Assembly (NCBI GenBank): GCA_964016885.1
Contig: OZ024747.1
Span: forward strand, 82,894,001 to 82,958,000
Length of the DNA stretch: 64,000 nt
Direction: 5' to 3'
Source: Eledone cirrhosa
Taxonomy: Eukaryota
The notes under the pieces were generated by a model. That model was not told the DNA's origin, made no database searches, and worked only from the letters and a program-made list of their open reading frames with translations. The position numbers and the translations under genes were made by a program. Shown in pieces: positions 13,472 to 25,929 of this stretch. How positions within the stretch are numbered: position 1 is the first letter of the stretch; every line of letters starts with the position of its first letter.

Positions 13472-13840
13472 ATCGTTTCCGATTTAGACACAAGGCCAAC
13501 AATTGGGGGAGAGTCGATAAATCGACCCCAGTGCATTACTGGTACTAACTACATGAATATATAATTGATTCTACTTTTGGCACAAGGCCAGCAATTACAC
13601 AGTGCGTTACTGGTACTTTATTTTATCAATCCTACAGGAGTATATAATGATTTCTAGTATAGGCACAAGGCCAGTCATTTTGGGGAGGGGAAGTCGATTA
13701 AATTGATGCCAGTACGTTACTGGTACTTTATTTCATCGACCCCGTAAGGATGAAAGGCAAAGTTAATCTCGACGGGATCTGAACTCAGTGCGCAGAGAAC
13801 TGGACCGAATACTGCAAAGCATTGTTTGACATTGGCGGTT
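13472..13840 (-). mobile_element. Three tandem SINE family 1 copies or fragments
   Basis: The 3'-end motif TTTCTAC...CACAAGGCC occurs three times (about 13475, 13568, 13650). Both long and short subfamily forms are present. Confidence 0.85.
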
Positions 13841-14031
13841 AGTTATACGGATATAAGTCCTAGGATTTAGATGGGGCAAAAAGTGGATGATCTGATGTAT
13901 ATCTTAAAGATATTAGTGATGTGGTGGCTAAAGTGAAATTATTTCAACTGAATTTTGAAATTAGATAATGTCCAGAACGGAAGGGAACCGCTGAGTGTCT
14001 GGCAGTAAAAATATATGCTTGAGAGAGAGAG

Positions 14032-14528
<497 letters not shown>

Positions 14529-14608
14529 GTAAACAGAAATAACAACACAATCGGTACAGTATATGAAAGGAATATATTAGGTTAACGCTTGAAATAGCAG
14601 GAAGAGGG

Positions 14609-14644
14609 TCTTGTCGATTCGGACGCTAGTCCTTCATCAGAAGA
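14609..14644 (-). ncRNA. Minimal type I hammerhead ribozyme variant within a short PLE-end fragment (14524-14703)
   Basis: Minus strand: TCTT-CTGATGA-A-GGAC-TAGC-GTCC-GAA-TCGA-C-AAGA. Stem I 4 bp, stem II 4 bp, palindromic TCGA in place of ACGT. Confidence 0.7.
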
Positions 14645-14701
14645 AAAAATAAGAAATAAGATAGATTGAAGGGACGGGTGGGCTGGAATTGGAAAAACGG
14701 T

Positions 14702-14760
<59 letters not shown>

Positions 14761-14785
14761 AAATACAACAGAAGGAACATAATAG

Positions 14786-14829
14786 TACCACTGATGATGT
14801 TGCAGATGTGCAACGAAAGAACTCTGTTA
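14786..14829 (+). ncRNA. Minimal type I hammerhead ribozyme within a short TA-embedded element (14759-14995)
   Basis: TACCA-CTGATGA-T-GTTGCA-GATG-TGCAAC-GAAA-GAAC-TC-TGTTA. All core nucleotides present, stem II 6 bp, stem I 4/5. Confidence 0.82.
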
Positions 14830-14987
14830 GACTATATATATATGTGTTTATATCTATATTATATCTGTATTTTTGACCGTTGGTCAGTCAATGATAAACA
14901 TTGAGGACCAAATGAATTAACTGTGGAGATATAAAGGATACAGAAGCGAAAACCAACCAATCAGTGAGTATGACCCTCCCCAAGTAT

Positions 14988-15045
<58 letters not shown>

Positions 15046-15066
15046 AGAGAGAGCATATATATATGC

Positions 15067-15948
15067 TGTTTTCGAAGGACCAACTCCTAAACAAGAAAGA
15101 TGAACTGGTAACCGCATGCAAACACAGATTGCGTAGGACTTACCTCGCCCTCAAACCCTATAACGACCCGGGTGGGTAGACAAGGGCTGATACCCCCCCC
15201 CCCCTACACTTGCCGAATAAGTTATAGGAAACCCCAGCTTACATAGGTAAATGTATCTCTTTTATTTTCCTCTTTGTCTTCTTCTTCCCCCTGTCTCATT
15301 ATATCACTTCCTTCCACCCCCTATTTTCTTCCTCGTCTGCTTTCCCCTTTCGCCTACCCCGATGCAGCCCATCGGGTCTTGTAGCATCAATTCCCCACCC
15401 TTGTTATTTTAAGATAGAATTGGCCGAATACGTTTTACTAACTACTTATAGCAGTTTGTATCTGTTTTGTAATTTCTATAAGTTTTTTCTATTCTCAACT
15501 TATTAACCTGTAATTGTAAGATAGCATTGTGATTTCTTTATTCATTTCTAACTATCTAATTTTTTTTTTTTTTATTTATTTCTAGTATCTTTTATTGTCT
15601 CCTACTCTCTTTCAATTTACCTATTCTATAACCCCCCTCCCCCACTTCATACACTATCCTTAGAATCTGATGGAAACATCACTTTCAACGCTTGACCGCT
15701 CCACTCACTCCCCTATTGTTCTACAGGCAAATTCAGCCACCCCTACCCCTCACCAAATGCCATGATAGACTTATTTGTGTTTACAACAAATTTTAACCAA
15801 TCCTCTTGACAACTACAATCTTCCCATATAAGGAAGTACCCCCTTGAAAAGTTCGGGTATTTATTCACCAGGCTAAAAATTCTAATTTAGTCCAGAAATA
15901 GCCGTCGAAACGGCTTAAGCTCTGCCGTCGGGGTCTTACTTTTTCCTA
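15067..15948 (+). mobile_element. Penelope-like element 3' end (C-terminus of ORF, 3' UTR, HHR-derived motif)
   Basis: LFSKDQLLNKKDELVTACKHRLRR resembles the LLNKR.EL...CRH end of PLE GIY-YIG ORFs and the end of the 23.3-kb element. Flanked by (TA)n. Confidence 0.75.
15838..15934 (+). ncRNA. Hammerhead-derived motif with a full stem III and long stem II
   Basis: ACCCC-(C)TTGAAAA-long imperfect stem II-GAAA-CGGC-TTAAGCTCT-GCCG-TC-GGGGT. The 3' half is perfect; the CUGANGA box is mutated. Confidence 0.65.
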
Positions 15949-15950
15949 TA

Positions 15951-16026
<76 letters not shown>

Positions 16027-16072
16027 AACGAGTAGGACCCCGACGGCTGAGCTCAAGCTAATTCTGGACTCT

Positions 16073-16300
16073 GTCTGGACATTAGCTGGACATGCTCACC
16101 GACATCCAGAGTTGTCATTGCACTCAGTGCTCCTTTGGGAGCCCCTACATGGACACACTAGAAGAGGAAGACCAAGGTTAACGTATGTTGATGCCCTAAG
16201 GACAGACACTGGTCTATTGGAGACGCAGGATATGGCAGCGATGATGAGGGACAGAGACCGCTGGAGAGAACTCGTCCATGGATCTCGGGAATTTTACCCG
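16073..16300 (+). mobile_element. RTE/RTE-X clade LINE 3' fragment
   Basis: Translation LAGHAHRHPELSLHSVLLWEPLHGHTRRGRPRLTYVDALRTDTGL...MRDRDRWRELV is the typical RTE C-terminus. Confidence 0.85.
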
Positions 16301-16302
16301 CC

Positions 16303-16395
16303 TTAACGTCAGCGGGATTTGAACTCAGATTATAAAGGGCCGTAACTCTTTGCTGCAAAGCCTGGCGTCCGACCCTCTACCGATACTGCTAATCC

Positions 16396-16397
<2 letters not shown>
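16303..16397 (-). mobile_element. SINE family 1, 5' half
   Basis: tRNA-like head. Shares diagnostic variants (GGATTAGCAG, GCCAGGC) with 21158-21343. Confidence 0.88.
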
Positions 16398-16444
<47 letters not shown>

Positions 16445-16590
16445 ATATTGTGGATTATATATATATATATATATATATTGTATTATATATATATTATATA
16501 TATTATATATATGTATATTATATATATGTATTATATATATATATATATTATATATATGTATTATATATATATATATATATATATTGTATT

Positions 16591-16657
<67 letters not shown>

Positions 16658-16887
16658 TATATATATGTATTATATATATATATATATTATATATATGTAT
16701 TATATATATATATATATTATATATATGTATTATATATATGTATTATATATATATATATATTATATATATGTATATTATATATATGTATTATATATATATA
16801 TATATTATATATATGTATTATATATATATATATATATTGTATTAAATTATATATATGTATTATATATATATATATATATATTGTATT

Positions 16888-16942
<55 letters not shown>

Positions 16943-16989
16943 TATATATATGTATTATATATATATATATATATATTATATATATGTAT

Positions 16990-17030
<41 letters not shown>

Positions 17031-17031
<1 letters not shown>

Positions 17032-17421
17032 TACGTATTTAAGAAAGCCACAACAATGCAGAGGGAAATCTCGAGGTAGGAAGTGAAAGATAGATAGGAA
17101 AAACAGGTGAAAGTGAAAATTGAGAGAGACAAAGATGAAAACAAAACAAAGGTAGAAGGGTTACCGTAGTGGAGATTTAATCCCAATATTTCGGGCTCAC
17201 GCCCATCAACGGGGGAAAGTTCCAAAAGGGGGGGAACAGGCCAAGCGGAGAAAGTTGTGATGTCGTTAAGACAGGAATGCCGTTACGGTAACCCTTCTAC
17301 CTTTGTTTTGTTTTCATCTTTGTCTCTCTCAATTTTCACTTTCACCTGTTTCTCCTATCTATCTTTCACTTCCTACCTCGAGATTTCCCTCTGCATTGTT
17401 GTGGCTTTCTTAAATACGTAT
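17031..17421. mobile_element. Fold-back element with about 138-bp arms and a spacer carrying an HHR-like motif (17181-17216, minus)
   Basis: 17031-17168 pairs with 17284-17421. Spacer minus strand: TCCC-CCGTTGA-T-GGGC-GTGA-GCCC-GAAA-TATT-GGGA. Confidence 0.72.
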
Positions 17422-17460
17422 TTTACACATTTCACAATGCTTCAAGCAAACTTTAACACC

Positions 17461-17541
<81 letters not shown>

Positions 17542-17596
17542 TTATGTATTATATATATATATATATTATATATATGTATTATATATATATTGTATT

Positions 17597-17643
<47 letters not shown>

Positions 17644-17668
17644 CCAGGCTTTGCAGCATATATATATA

Positions 17669-17941
17669 CAGTTCTTCTGCTTTTTTCAAAAGTAGAGTTG
17701 AGATGGAGGGTCTGTGGTTTTTCTCACATCTGATGTGAGAAAAACCACAGACCCTCCATCTCAACTCTACTTTTGAAAAGCAGAAGAACTGCGAAACCGG
17801 TAAAGGAACCAAATAAATATAAATATATATATTTTTTTAAATAAGACTCCAGTTGCATTTTCGATTTCATCTCTTTTTCTTTATACTTTCACTCGTGTAG
17901 GACACCTCGGTTATTTTTCAATTTGTAAAAAAAAACCTTAC

Positions 17942-17945
<4 letters not shown>
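17669..17945 (+). mobile_element. Fold-back (about 60-bp arms, 1-nt loop) followed by an HHR-like motif and tail; probable PLE end
   Basis: 17669-17730 pairs with 17732-17791. CTT-TTGAAAA-GCAG-AAGAA-CTGC-GAAA-CCGG-TA-AAG at 17770-17805. Confidence 0.68.
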
Positions 17946-18034
<89 letters not shown>

Positions 18035-18206
18035 AATACAATAACAGAGATAGTTTAAAGCTAAACTCTGACTGGTAACCATCTCACTCAACAAACATTA
18101 GGTTATATTAAAATATAAACCCAATTTAAGTGTTTGGGGTGCTAACAATATGTATAATGTGGAAAAACCAGTTGTATTATTTTATGAGATATAATTAAAG
18201 TTAAAG

Positions 18207-18238
<32 letters not shown>

Positions 18239-18239
18239 A

Positions 18240-21131
18240 TAGAAAATTTGAACAGGAACAAAACAGAGAGGCAGTACAACGAATGTTTATTAATTTAACG
18301 CTCTGGAGAGTGGGGTGGTGGTGGGGAACGACGTTTCGGGCATAAGCCCTTCCTCAGGTGAGAAGTGTGTGGGAAGAGAGTTCAAAGGGTGTGTAGGGGA
18401 GTGGTGGAGAGACATATAGCGAAAAGGGGGTGGGAGGAAACGGTGCGAATGAAATTAAAAATAAAAATAAAAATAAAGCATGATCAAAATAAAATGAAAT
18501 GAAATAAAAATATAGATATAAAAGCATGATCAAAATAAACTGAAATTAAAAAAGGGTAAAACAGGTGGTGGAGGGGTGTGGGGTGTGTAGGGGTGGTGGC
18601 GGGTGGAGTGGGGAGAGGGAGACGGGGTGTTCGAGCGAGGAGGGCTGAAGGTAGTGTGTGTGTGTAGGTGTACATGTGTGTGTGTGTGTGTGTATGTGAA
18701 AGCAAGGGTTGGGGGAAGAACGGGGTTGCATGTTCAGGAAGAGGTGTGTGTGGGGTGAGGTGTAGGTCGGAGTGTCTGTGCGTGTGTGGATAGAGGGGTG
18801 GGGGAGAGGAATCCGGAGGCTGAAGGTGTATATATGTGGTGGAAAGCACGTGTGTGTGGGGTTTAAGCGTGTTGTGGGTGTAGGTGGCGTGTGGGAGAAA
18901 AAAAAATGTTTTGGGTGTGTGTGGGGGTGAGTTATATAGGTGATTCCGTAAGAGGATGTGGTTGAAATGTTGGTAAACTCCTATGATGTTAGTAGATTCC
19001 ACGGTGGTCAAGTTCCACATACGAGTATTCCATGAAGAGATGGTCGGAAGAGGAGAGATGTGGGGTGCGCGCGCAACAGGAAGTGGTCAAGGCGGTGGGA
19101 GTGCTGTGTGTCTGTTTGTGCTGGGAGGTTGTCAGAGGGCATAGCAGCAGTCGGGTGGAATGGTAAAGGGGCGAGGATGGGTAGGTGTGAAAGTTGGAGT
19201 GAGGAGGGTGTGTGTGTGTATTAGTAGAGGTGTTAGTGGGATGAGTGAGTGTGGAGAAAGGGTGAGGGTGGAGCGGGGAGAGAAGGATGTGGGGGTCGAT
19301 GGAGGGAGTGTGGTGTACTGGTGTGTGTGTAGTTTGATGAAGGGGGTGTTAGTGGGTGTTAGTATACGGGAGGTGGGGAAAGGGTTGAATGCAGGTGTGA
19401 GTGGGGTTTAAAGGTGGTAGGGTGTGTAGAGTTGGTGGTGTACGAGGGTGTGTGGGTACGTGTGTGTGGGGTTGGGGGTGTTAGTGATGTTAGTTGCGTG
19501 TGGGGTGGGTGGTGTAAGTGGGTGCGTGTGTTCGTGTGCTTGGGGTCAGGGGGTGTTAGTGATGTTAGTTGCGGGGTGGTGGGATGGAGGTATGGGGGTG
19601 AGGGTTAGTGGTGGTAGTAGGGTGTGTGTTTAGTGTGAGCGCGTGTATATATGTGCCGGTGGGTGTGTGCGTGTGATAAGGAGGGGGGAGAAGAAGGGAG
19701 GGATGTTAGTATGTTAGTTGGGGAAGGGTGGTCGGATGAGGGGTGGAGTGGAGGTGTTAGCATTGTTAGTTGTGGGGTGGGCAGTGAAAAGGAGGGGTGT
19801 GTTAGTGGTGTTAGTGGGGGATATGTGTGGGGGAGGGGGCGGTCGAAGGCTAAAGGAATAAGGGTGGGGAGTTCAGGCCGGGGGGAGTGTGGGTCTGTAA
19901 GATGAAGATGGTTCTTTGTTCGACTCTGAGGAGATTGGCGGGTGTTCCGTGGCATTGGAGTAGGCCACAGACTGTGAGATGGCGTGCGGAATGTCCAGGG
20001 GCACCAAAGTGGCGGGCGATGGGGGAACTACCACCGAGACGAATATCCCGGAGGTGCTCAGTGAATCGGTCCGCCAGGCGACGTCCCGTCTGTCCGTAGA
20101 CTAGGTTGGAGGAGGTGCAGCGGAAGGCATCCGGACAGAGAGAGAGTGGCCGTTGGAATGTCCAGGGGCACCAAAGTGGCGGGCGATGGGGGAACTACCA
20201 CCGAGACGAATATCCCGGAGGTGCTCAGTGAATCGGTCCGCCAGGCGACGTCCCGTTTGTCCGTAGACTAGGTTGGAGGAGGTGCAGCGGAAGGCATCCG
20301 GACAAAGAGAGAGTGGCCGTTGGGACCCTGGAAGGTGGTGGTGTTGGTGATGTGGGGACAGGTGTTGCAGCGGGGCCTAGAACAGGGAAAGGAACCGGGG
20401 GGCGGGGGGGCTGTGGACGAGGAGGGGGCGGAGATTGTGTGCGCGTTTGAAGGAGGGGAGTGGTGAATTTGGGAAGATGTGGGAGGTGGAGGGGTCGGAC
20501 TGGAGGCGTCGGAAGAGGCGGCGGATGGTGCGATGGAGGGGTAAGGTGGAGGGGTGGTAGGTGATGGGGAAGGGGAGACGGTGGGTGGGTGTGGGGTGAG
20601 GGTGGTGGAGCGGTGGACAGCATGGGCGCGGGTGAGAGCGGTGTGGACGAGAGAGGGGGGGTAACCTCTGCGGATGAAATGGCTGACTAGGGAAAGGGCC
20701 TGGGACTCGAAGTCAGCATCTCGGCTACAGAGGCGGCGGATCCTGAGGAGTTGGGAGTAGGGAATGGAGTGTTTAGTGTGGGTGGGAAGAGGTGAAGTCG
20801 AGGTAAGAGTGGGAGTCGGTGGGTTTGAAGAAGGCGGAGGTGACGAGGGAGTGGTGGGAGGGGTCGAAGGCGACGGAGATGTCTAAGAGGTGGACGTGGG
20901 TGGTGGAGATAGAGGTGGTGAAGTGGAAGGAGGGGTGGAAGGAGCAGAAGAAGGAGAGAAAGGAGTCGAGCTGTTCTCGGGTGAGGGTCGTGGCTCCGAT
21001 ACAGTCGTCAATGTAACGACCGTACAGTTCGGGCGTGGGGCCGGTGTACTGGGCAAAGATTTGGGCCTCAACATGGCCAACAAAAAGGTTGGCATAGTTC
21101 GGGCCCATTCTTGTACCCATGGCTACCCCCG
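18240..21131 (-). mobile_element. 5'-truncated Penelope-like retroelement (RT C-terminal half, thumb, GIY-YIG endonuclease, 1.6-kb 3' region with HHR); pseudogenised
   Basis: GVAMGTRMGPNYANLFVG...YGRYIDD...FKPTDSHSYLDFTSSHP, a frameshift to SIPYSQLLRIRRLCS...RGYP, then FRCTSSNLVY-GQTGRRLADRFTEH...VEQRTIFILQTHTPPGLN. Flanked by (TA)n. Confidence 0.93.
18328..18359 (-). ncRNA. Minimal hammerhead ribozyme in the PLE 3' terminal region
   Basis: Minus strand: AC-CTGAGGA-A-GGGC-TTAT-GCCC-GAAA-CG-TC-GT. Canonical core with palindromic ACGT; stem I is only 2 bp here. Confidence 0.8.
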
Positions 21132-21157
21132 TATATATATATATATATATATATATT

Positions 21158-21343
21158 GTGGATTAGCAGTATCGGTAGAGGGTCGGACGCCAGGCTTTGC
21201 AGCAAAGAGTTACGGCCCTTTATGATCTGAGTTCAATTCCCGCTGAGGCTAACTTTGCCTTCCATCCTTACGGTGTCGATAAAATAAAGTACCAGTAATG
21301 CACTGAATAATTGCTGGCCTTGTGCCAAAAGTAGAAACAATTA
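21158..21343 (+). mobile_element. SINE family 1, near full length, within (TA)n
   Basis: Matches family consensus. Confidence 0.92.
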
Positions 21344-21719
21344 TATATATATTATATATATATATATATATTACAAGAAGTAAAAGAAAGAAAAAAGAAG
21401 AAAAAGAAAAAAGAAAGAAGAAAAAAACGAAAAAAGTAAAAAGAATAAGAATGGTAAGCAATCATGTATGTTCGGCCGAATCTGTTTTCGTAACAAACAG
21501 CTGTTTACTGGTTTTAAATTACCTTTCATTCTTTCCTTCTTTCTCTCTTTCTCCTTACCTGCTACTTCCTCCTCTTTTCCTATCACTATCTATAGTTATA
21601 TACACATATATATATATATATATATATACATACATAAATGTATGTATATATATATTTTTTTTGCGTTTCGCTTCGCTTTTCCTGCCCGCCGAAAATGCGA
21701 TTCGCGCTGAATATTTATT

Positions 21720-21751
<32 letters not shown>

Positions 21752-21754
<3 letters not shown>

Positions 21755-24322
21755 AAAGTTATATTTAAATTGTTGGGTTACAACTAGTAAATATTTATAA
21801 CTGATATAAAAGCACTCAACAAGTATTTGGAGTATATTTACGATATTAAATAAATGGAAACTATATTTATAAAACCATATTTATTTCATTATATATATTT
21901 CAGGGATATCATATTAACAATATGCTATGCCTTCCTCAGACAAAATACAATATAGACAGTTTTATAGATAAATAGATTTGACATACCGTTCAACATCGAC
22001 TTGTATTTGAAAAGTTGATTTGGCAGTGAAAAATTGTAAACAGAAAGAAAGAAAGAGAGAAAGAAGGAAAGAAAGAAAAGAAAGAAAGAAAACGAAGAAA
22101 AAGAAGAAAAAGAAGAAATGCATGCAACAAAATAGAGAGATGGAAAGATAGATAAAGAGAAGAACTTCATGTAAAGAAACAGAGAGAGATATATATAGAG
22201 AGAGGAAATAGATAGAGATAGATATATATAGAGAAAAGTAGGTAGTTGGACATCCGTTGAATAAACGCATCAATGATACATTTATTTATTTATTTATTTA
22301 TTTAGCTCTAGTATTAATGTAAGGGAGATATATGTGGTTAGGAGAGAAACCAGCTGTTATATAGAGAGAAAAATGAAAAGTAACCAGACATAGGCGAGGC
22401 ATAAAAACCCTATGTTTTAATGTAGAAGTATTAGTATGTATAAAAACCAGGCACTATAATGTAAATATCAGTATTCCTGAATGAGACACGTATCCATAAT
22501 GTGTGAAAAGTAATGATCTTATGTTTAGTTTTAAAAATTCATATGTTTATATGATAACTACAAACATCGATGTGAATGTACGTGATCAAATCTGCAAACC
22601 CCAATTTCACACGGAGAACATTCTTATTGTTTTATAAAAATTTAAGTATACACATATGTGTATATATATACACATATATATAGAGTCTATATTAATTTTA
22701 ACAATACTATTCTTGTCTTTACTCTACATGATTATCTATCAAGCAGAAATAGAGAACAGATTTCAATATATTAATAAAAAATAAAAAATAAAAAATATCA
22801 GAAACAAAAACAAAAAAATAATAATAATAATAATAAATAATAATAAAATAGAAAACTAAAAAATATTACGAAAAAATATTACATATTAAAAATAAAAATA
22901 TTAGAAAATACTACAATAATAAAAATAAACCACAAAGATCAACCCTTCAAAATTAATTGACAATATATTGCCAAGTTCATTATAAGCATCAGAGTCGAAA
23001 ACAGATAAAGCTAAAAATTATTTATCAAATCGCGTCTAGCAAAAATCATTTCAAAAAGTTTAGGATGCCCATTTGGTCTACATGTGTTCTTATATTTAAT
23101 ATAGAAGTTTATCTAGTGTAACGTTTATTCGAAATATTTGGAGCATCAACTTTTAGGGTAGTTTAATTTTTCATGAAGAATGTTTAAATAAAAATAAAAA
23201 TAAAAAGAAGAATAAAAAGAAGAAATCGAAAGATTTATCGGCTAGTTTCCCAAATAATTATAAATCAAACTAAATATACTACATTTTAAATTTAAATTTA
23301 TATTTAAAAGTTGAGTTTAATCTATGTTTGCAGCAACTGAATAAATTTGTCCGTAGATTAAGGGAATTTTTAGATTTTAGTATAAAGAATATCTCCTCTG
23401 CGCAGAGGTCACATGTCTCAGAGGATGAATTAAAAGGAATCCCTCTTGAGACTATATTCCAAGCCGTCGAAATATCTAACGTTATCTAGCTTAAGTTGCC
23501 AGAGTACGCCTGATAGTGCTGTTGAAGATTTTTTGCTTGGATCTGTGAAAGAATTCTTGTGGTTATTATAGCGAAGTTTAAATTCCGTCGATGTGGAACC
23601 GACGTAGTTAAAAGAATTAGAGTCAGTTTTAACATTACAATTGTATATTATATTTTTAACTAAGCAGTTGTTATTTAACGGACATTTAGATCTATCTCTA
23701 CAGTTACATTTGTTAACTTGTATATTATTTATGCTATTATCACTAGGTTTTAAGTTCCTATTATTTATTCTATTAATATTTTGTGCTAAATTTTTGGTGG
23801 ATGAGTAGGTTAATTTTATAGTATGTCTATTGAAAATTGAGTGATACCTATGTGTTCTAGGGAAGCGATTATCAAGAGCTTTAAAAAATAGTTTAGCGAT
23901 GTGGGTTTTAATGTTTAGTGAGAAAGGGGGGGCAAACCAAATTATGTTCCTAGTTCTATTTCTTTTTTGGCTTTTGGAATTATTGTAATGCTTTCTATTA
24001 TAGTTGTTAAGGTTGTTGCCGTAATTAAAATAGTTGTTATTTTGTTTAGTTTGTCTATCATTATCTATGTACATAATCTTATCACTATATCCTGCTCTAG
24101 CTAACGCTTCATTGTAGTACTGGGCTTTTTCGTCGAAAATCTTTCTATTAGACGAGATTCTAGAGATACGTTTTTGAACAGAGTTTACTATAGTGTTTTT
24201 GACAGATCTGGGGTGGTTAGAGTTAAAGCTGACATAGTTTAAGTTTTCATTCAACTTGTGAAAAGGATAGTGAAGACATGTGTTGAGATTTAATGTTATA
24301 TCTAGGAAATTGACTATTCTAT
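21752..24322 (-). mobile_element. Second, unrelated 5'-truncated Penelope-like element (RT end, Cys-rich linker, GIY-YIG); continuity of the AT-rich 3' region down to 21752 is inferred
   Basis: VNFLDITLNL...SNHP...IIWFAPPFS...IFNRHTIKLTYS...CNCRDRSKCPLNNNC...IIY...YVGST..FKLRYNNHK (ORF 23430-24254), then frameshifted CDLCAEE...LNLRTNLFSCCKH. Confidence 0.88.
21890..21943 (-). ncRNA. Hammerhead motif with extended stem II near the PLE 3' end
   Basis: Minus strand: CTGAGGA-AGGCATAGCATATT-GTT-AATATGATATCCCT-GAAA-TATA. Stem II pairs 12/14; stem I is poor. Confidence 0.65.
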
Positions 24323-24512
24323 GGTTGATTGACTATTCTATATATATATATATACGTGTGTGTGTGTGTACCTATGCATATATAAATGTATTTATATATA
24401 TGTATGTGTGTGTGTATGTATAAGTATATATATACATGCGTATGTGTGTGTATAAGTATGTATATACATATATATACTAATACATAAATGTATGTATATA
24501 TGTGTGTGTATG

Positions 24513-24551
<39 letters not shown>

Positions 24552-25265
24552 CTGTGTACATGCGTAAATATGCATATTGTATCTGTGCATACATACATGT
24601 GTATGTATATATTATGTACACACGTGTGCACACACAAGCACGCCTCGTAACCGATTTTCTGTCTCTCTCTCTCTGCATCTCTGATGACGATCTATTTTCT
24701 GAAGATACAACATACCACCCATTCAACCTTAACTTTGCTGTACTGTTAGGTATATCAGGCGGTTTTGTGACACAAACACTAAAGTGTCTTATGTTATTTA
24801 GATCCACTCTCCCCCTTTACATTCTCAGTTCAAATTCTGTCAGGGTTGACTTTGCCTTTCCTAACCGTATTTCTAGTTTAAAAAAACACAGCCTATGATT
24901 TTCAAGTGATTTTGATAATAACCAAACATTTGAAGGGATTTAGTAATATATCAGTTTTGCCTGCCTTTCGTTCTTTTGAGGTTGATAAAAAAAAAAAAAC
25001 TGCCAGTGAGTACTGGGGTTGATTTTTCCTCTATATGTCTTTTTCTTTCTGCGGAAGAAATTGACTCTGTTCAAACCTGGCGAGGGGATGGGCTCTACCA
25101 GGTTTAAAATGCTCAATATACACCATCGTTAGTTACAGTTCTATACATACATACATACATACATACATACATACATACATACATACATACATACATACAT
25201 ACATACATACATACATACATACATACATACATACATACATACGGGCAGACATACATACATACATA

Positions 25266-25553
25266 GAGAAGGAGGACATCTACGGACAATGATGAGGAGT
25301 TTGCAGATCCAGTATCCAAGATACACCTTCAGCTTCATACCAACCCGCTTGAATCAAAGTATAACTGAACTTGGGTTTGTTGACAAAGCGCAGCTCCCTA
25401 ATTCATAGACTACAAATGGCTGCGATAGCTGGTACCTTCAAAACTTGCAAAACATTCTTGCGACTCAAGAGATGACAATTTCTTTTCTTTTACAACCTTG
25501 CCACCAGGAAGGTGGCCGGTCAAAAATGTACTCGAAATTAAGAGAAAGAGAAA
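25266..25553 (+). mobile_element. 3' end of a restriction-like-endonuclease LINE (R4/Dong-like), inserted in (CATA)n
   Basis: Frameshifted KEDIYG / MRSLQIQYPRYTFSFIP / SITELGF / LIHRLQMAAIAGTFKTCKTFLRLKR* resembles the R4-type C-terminus. (CATA)n on both sides (25143-25265, 25553-25630). Confidence 0.7.
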
Positions 25554-25929
25554 CATACATACATACATACATACATACATACATACATACATACATACAT
25601 ACATACATACATACATACATACATACATACAATTATGCAGATGCATGTGAACCCGTTGATGTTTGAGGAATTGTGTTAGTGAGGTGGAGAGACGCACTGT
25701 TAAGATTAATAAGTAACAGCTATTTACAGGCCATTTAGTATGTCAGATAGGTCAAGTACTTTAGTTACCAATGAAAGACGACAAGGATTTGGTGCAGCAG
25801 GGTTTATGAAGCTCAAACTAACATGTTGTGTATTATTGTAAGGGGCTGCTTAAACACCGGTTTTACAATTCGATGAAAGAAAAGAAAAACAAAACACTAA
25901 TCAAAATTATGGATTCATCCTCAATTTCG

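Noticed and set aside
22476-22515. CTGAATGA-GACAC...GTGT-GAAA hammerhead-like motif on +
   Set aside because: Insertion in the core and no convincing stem I.
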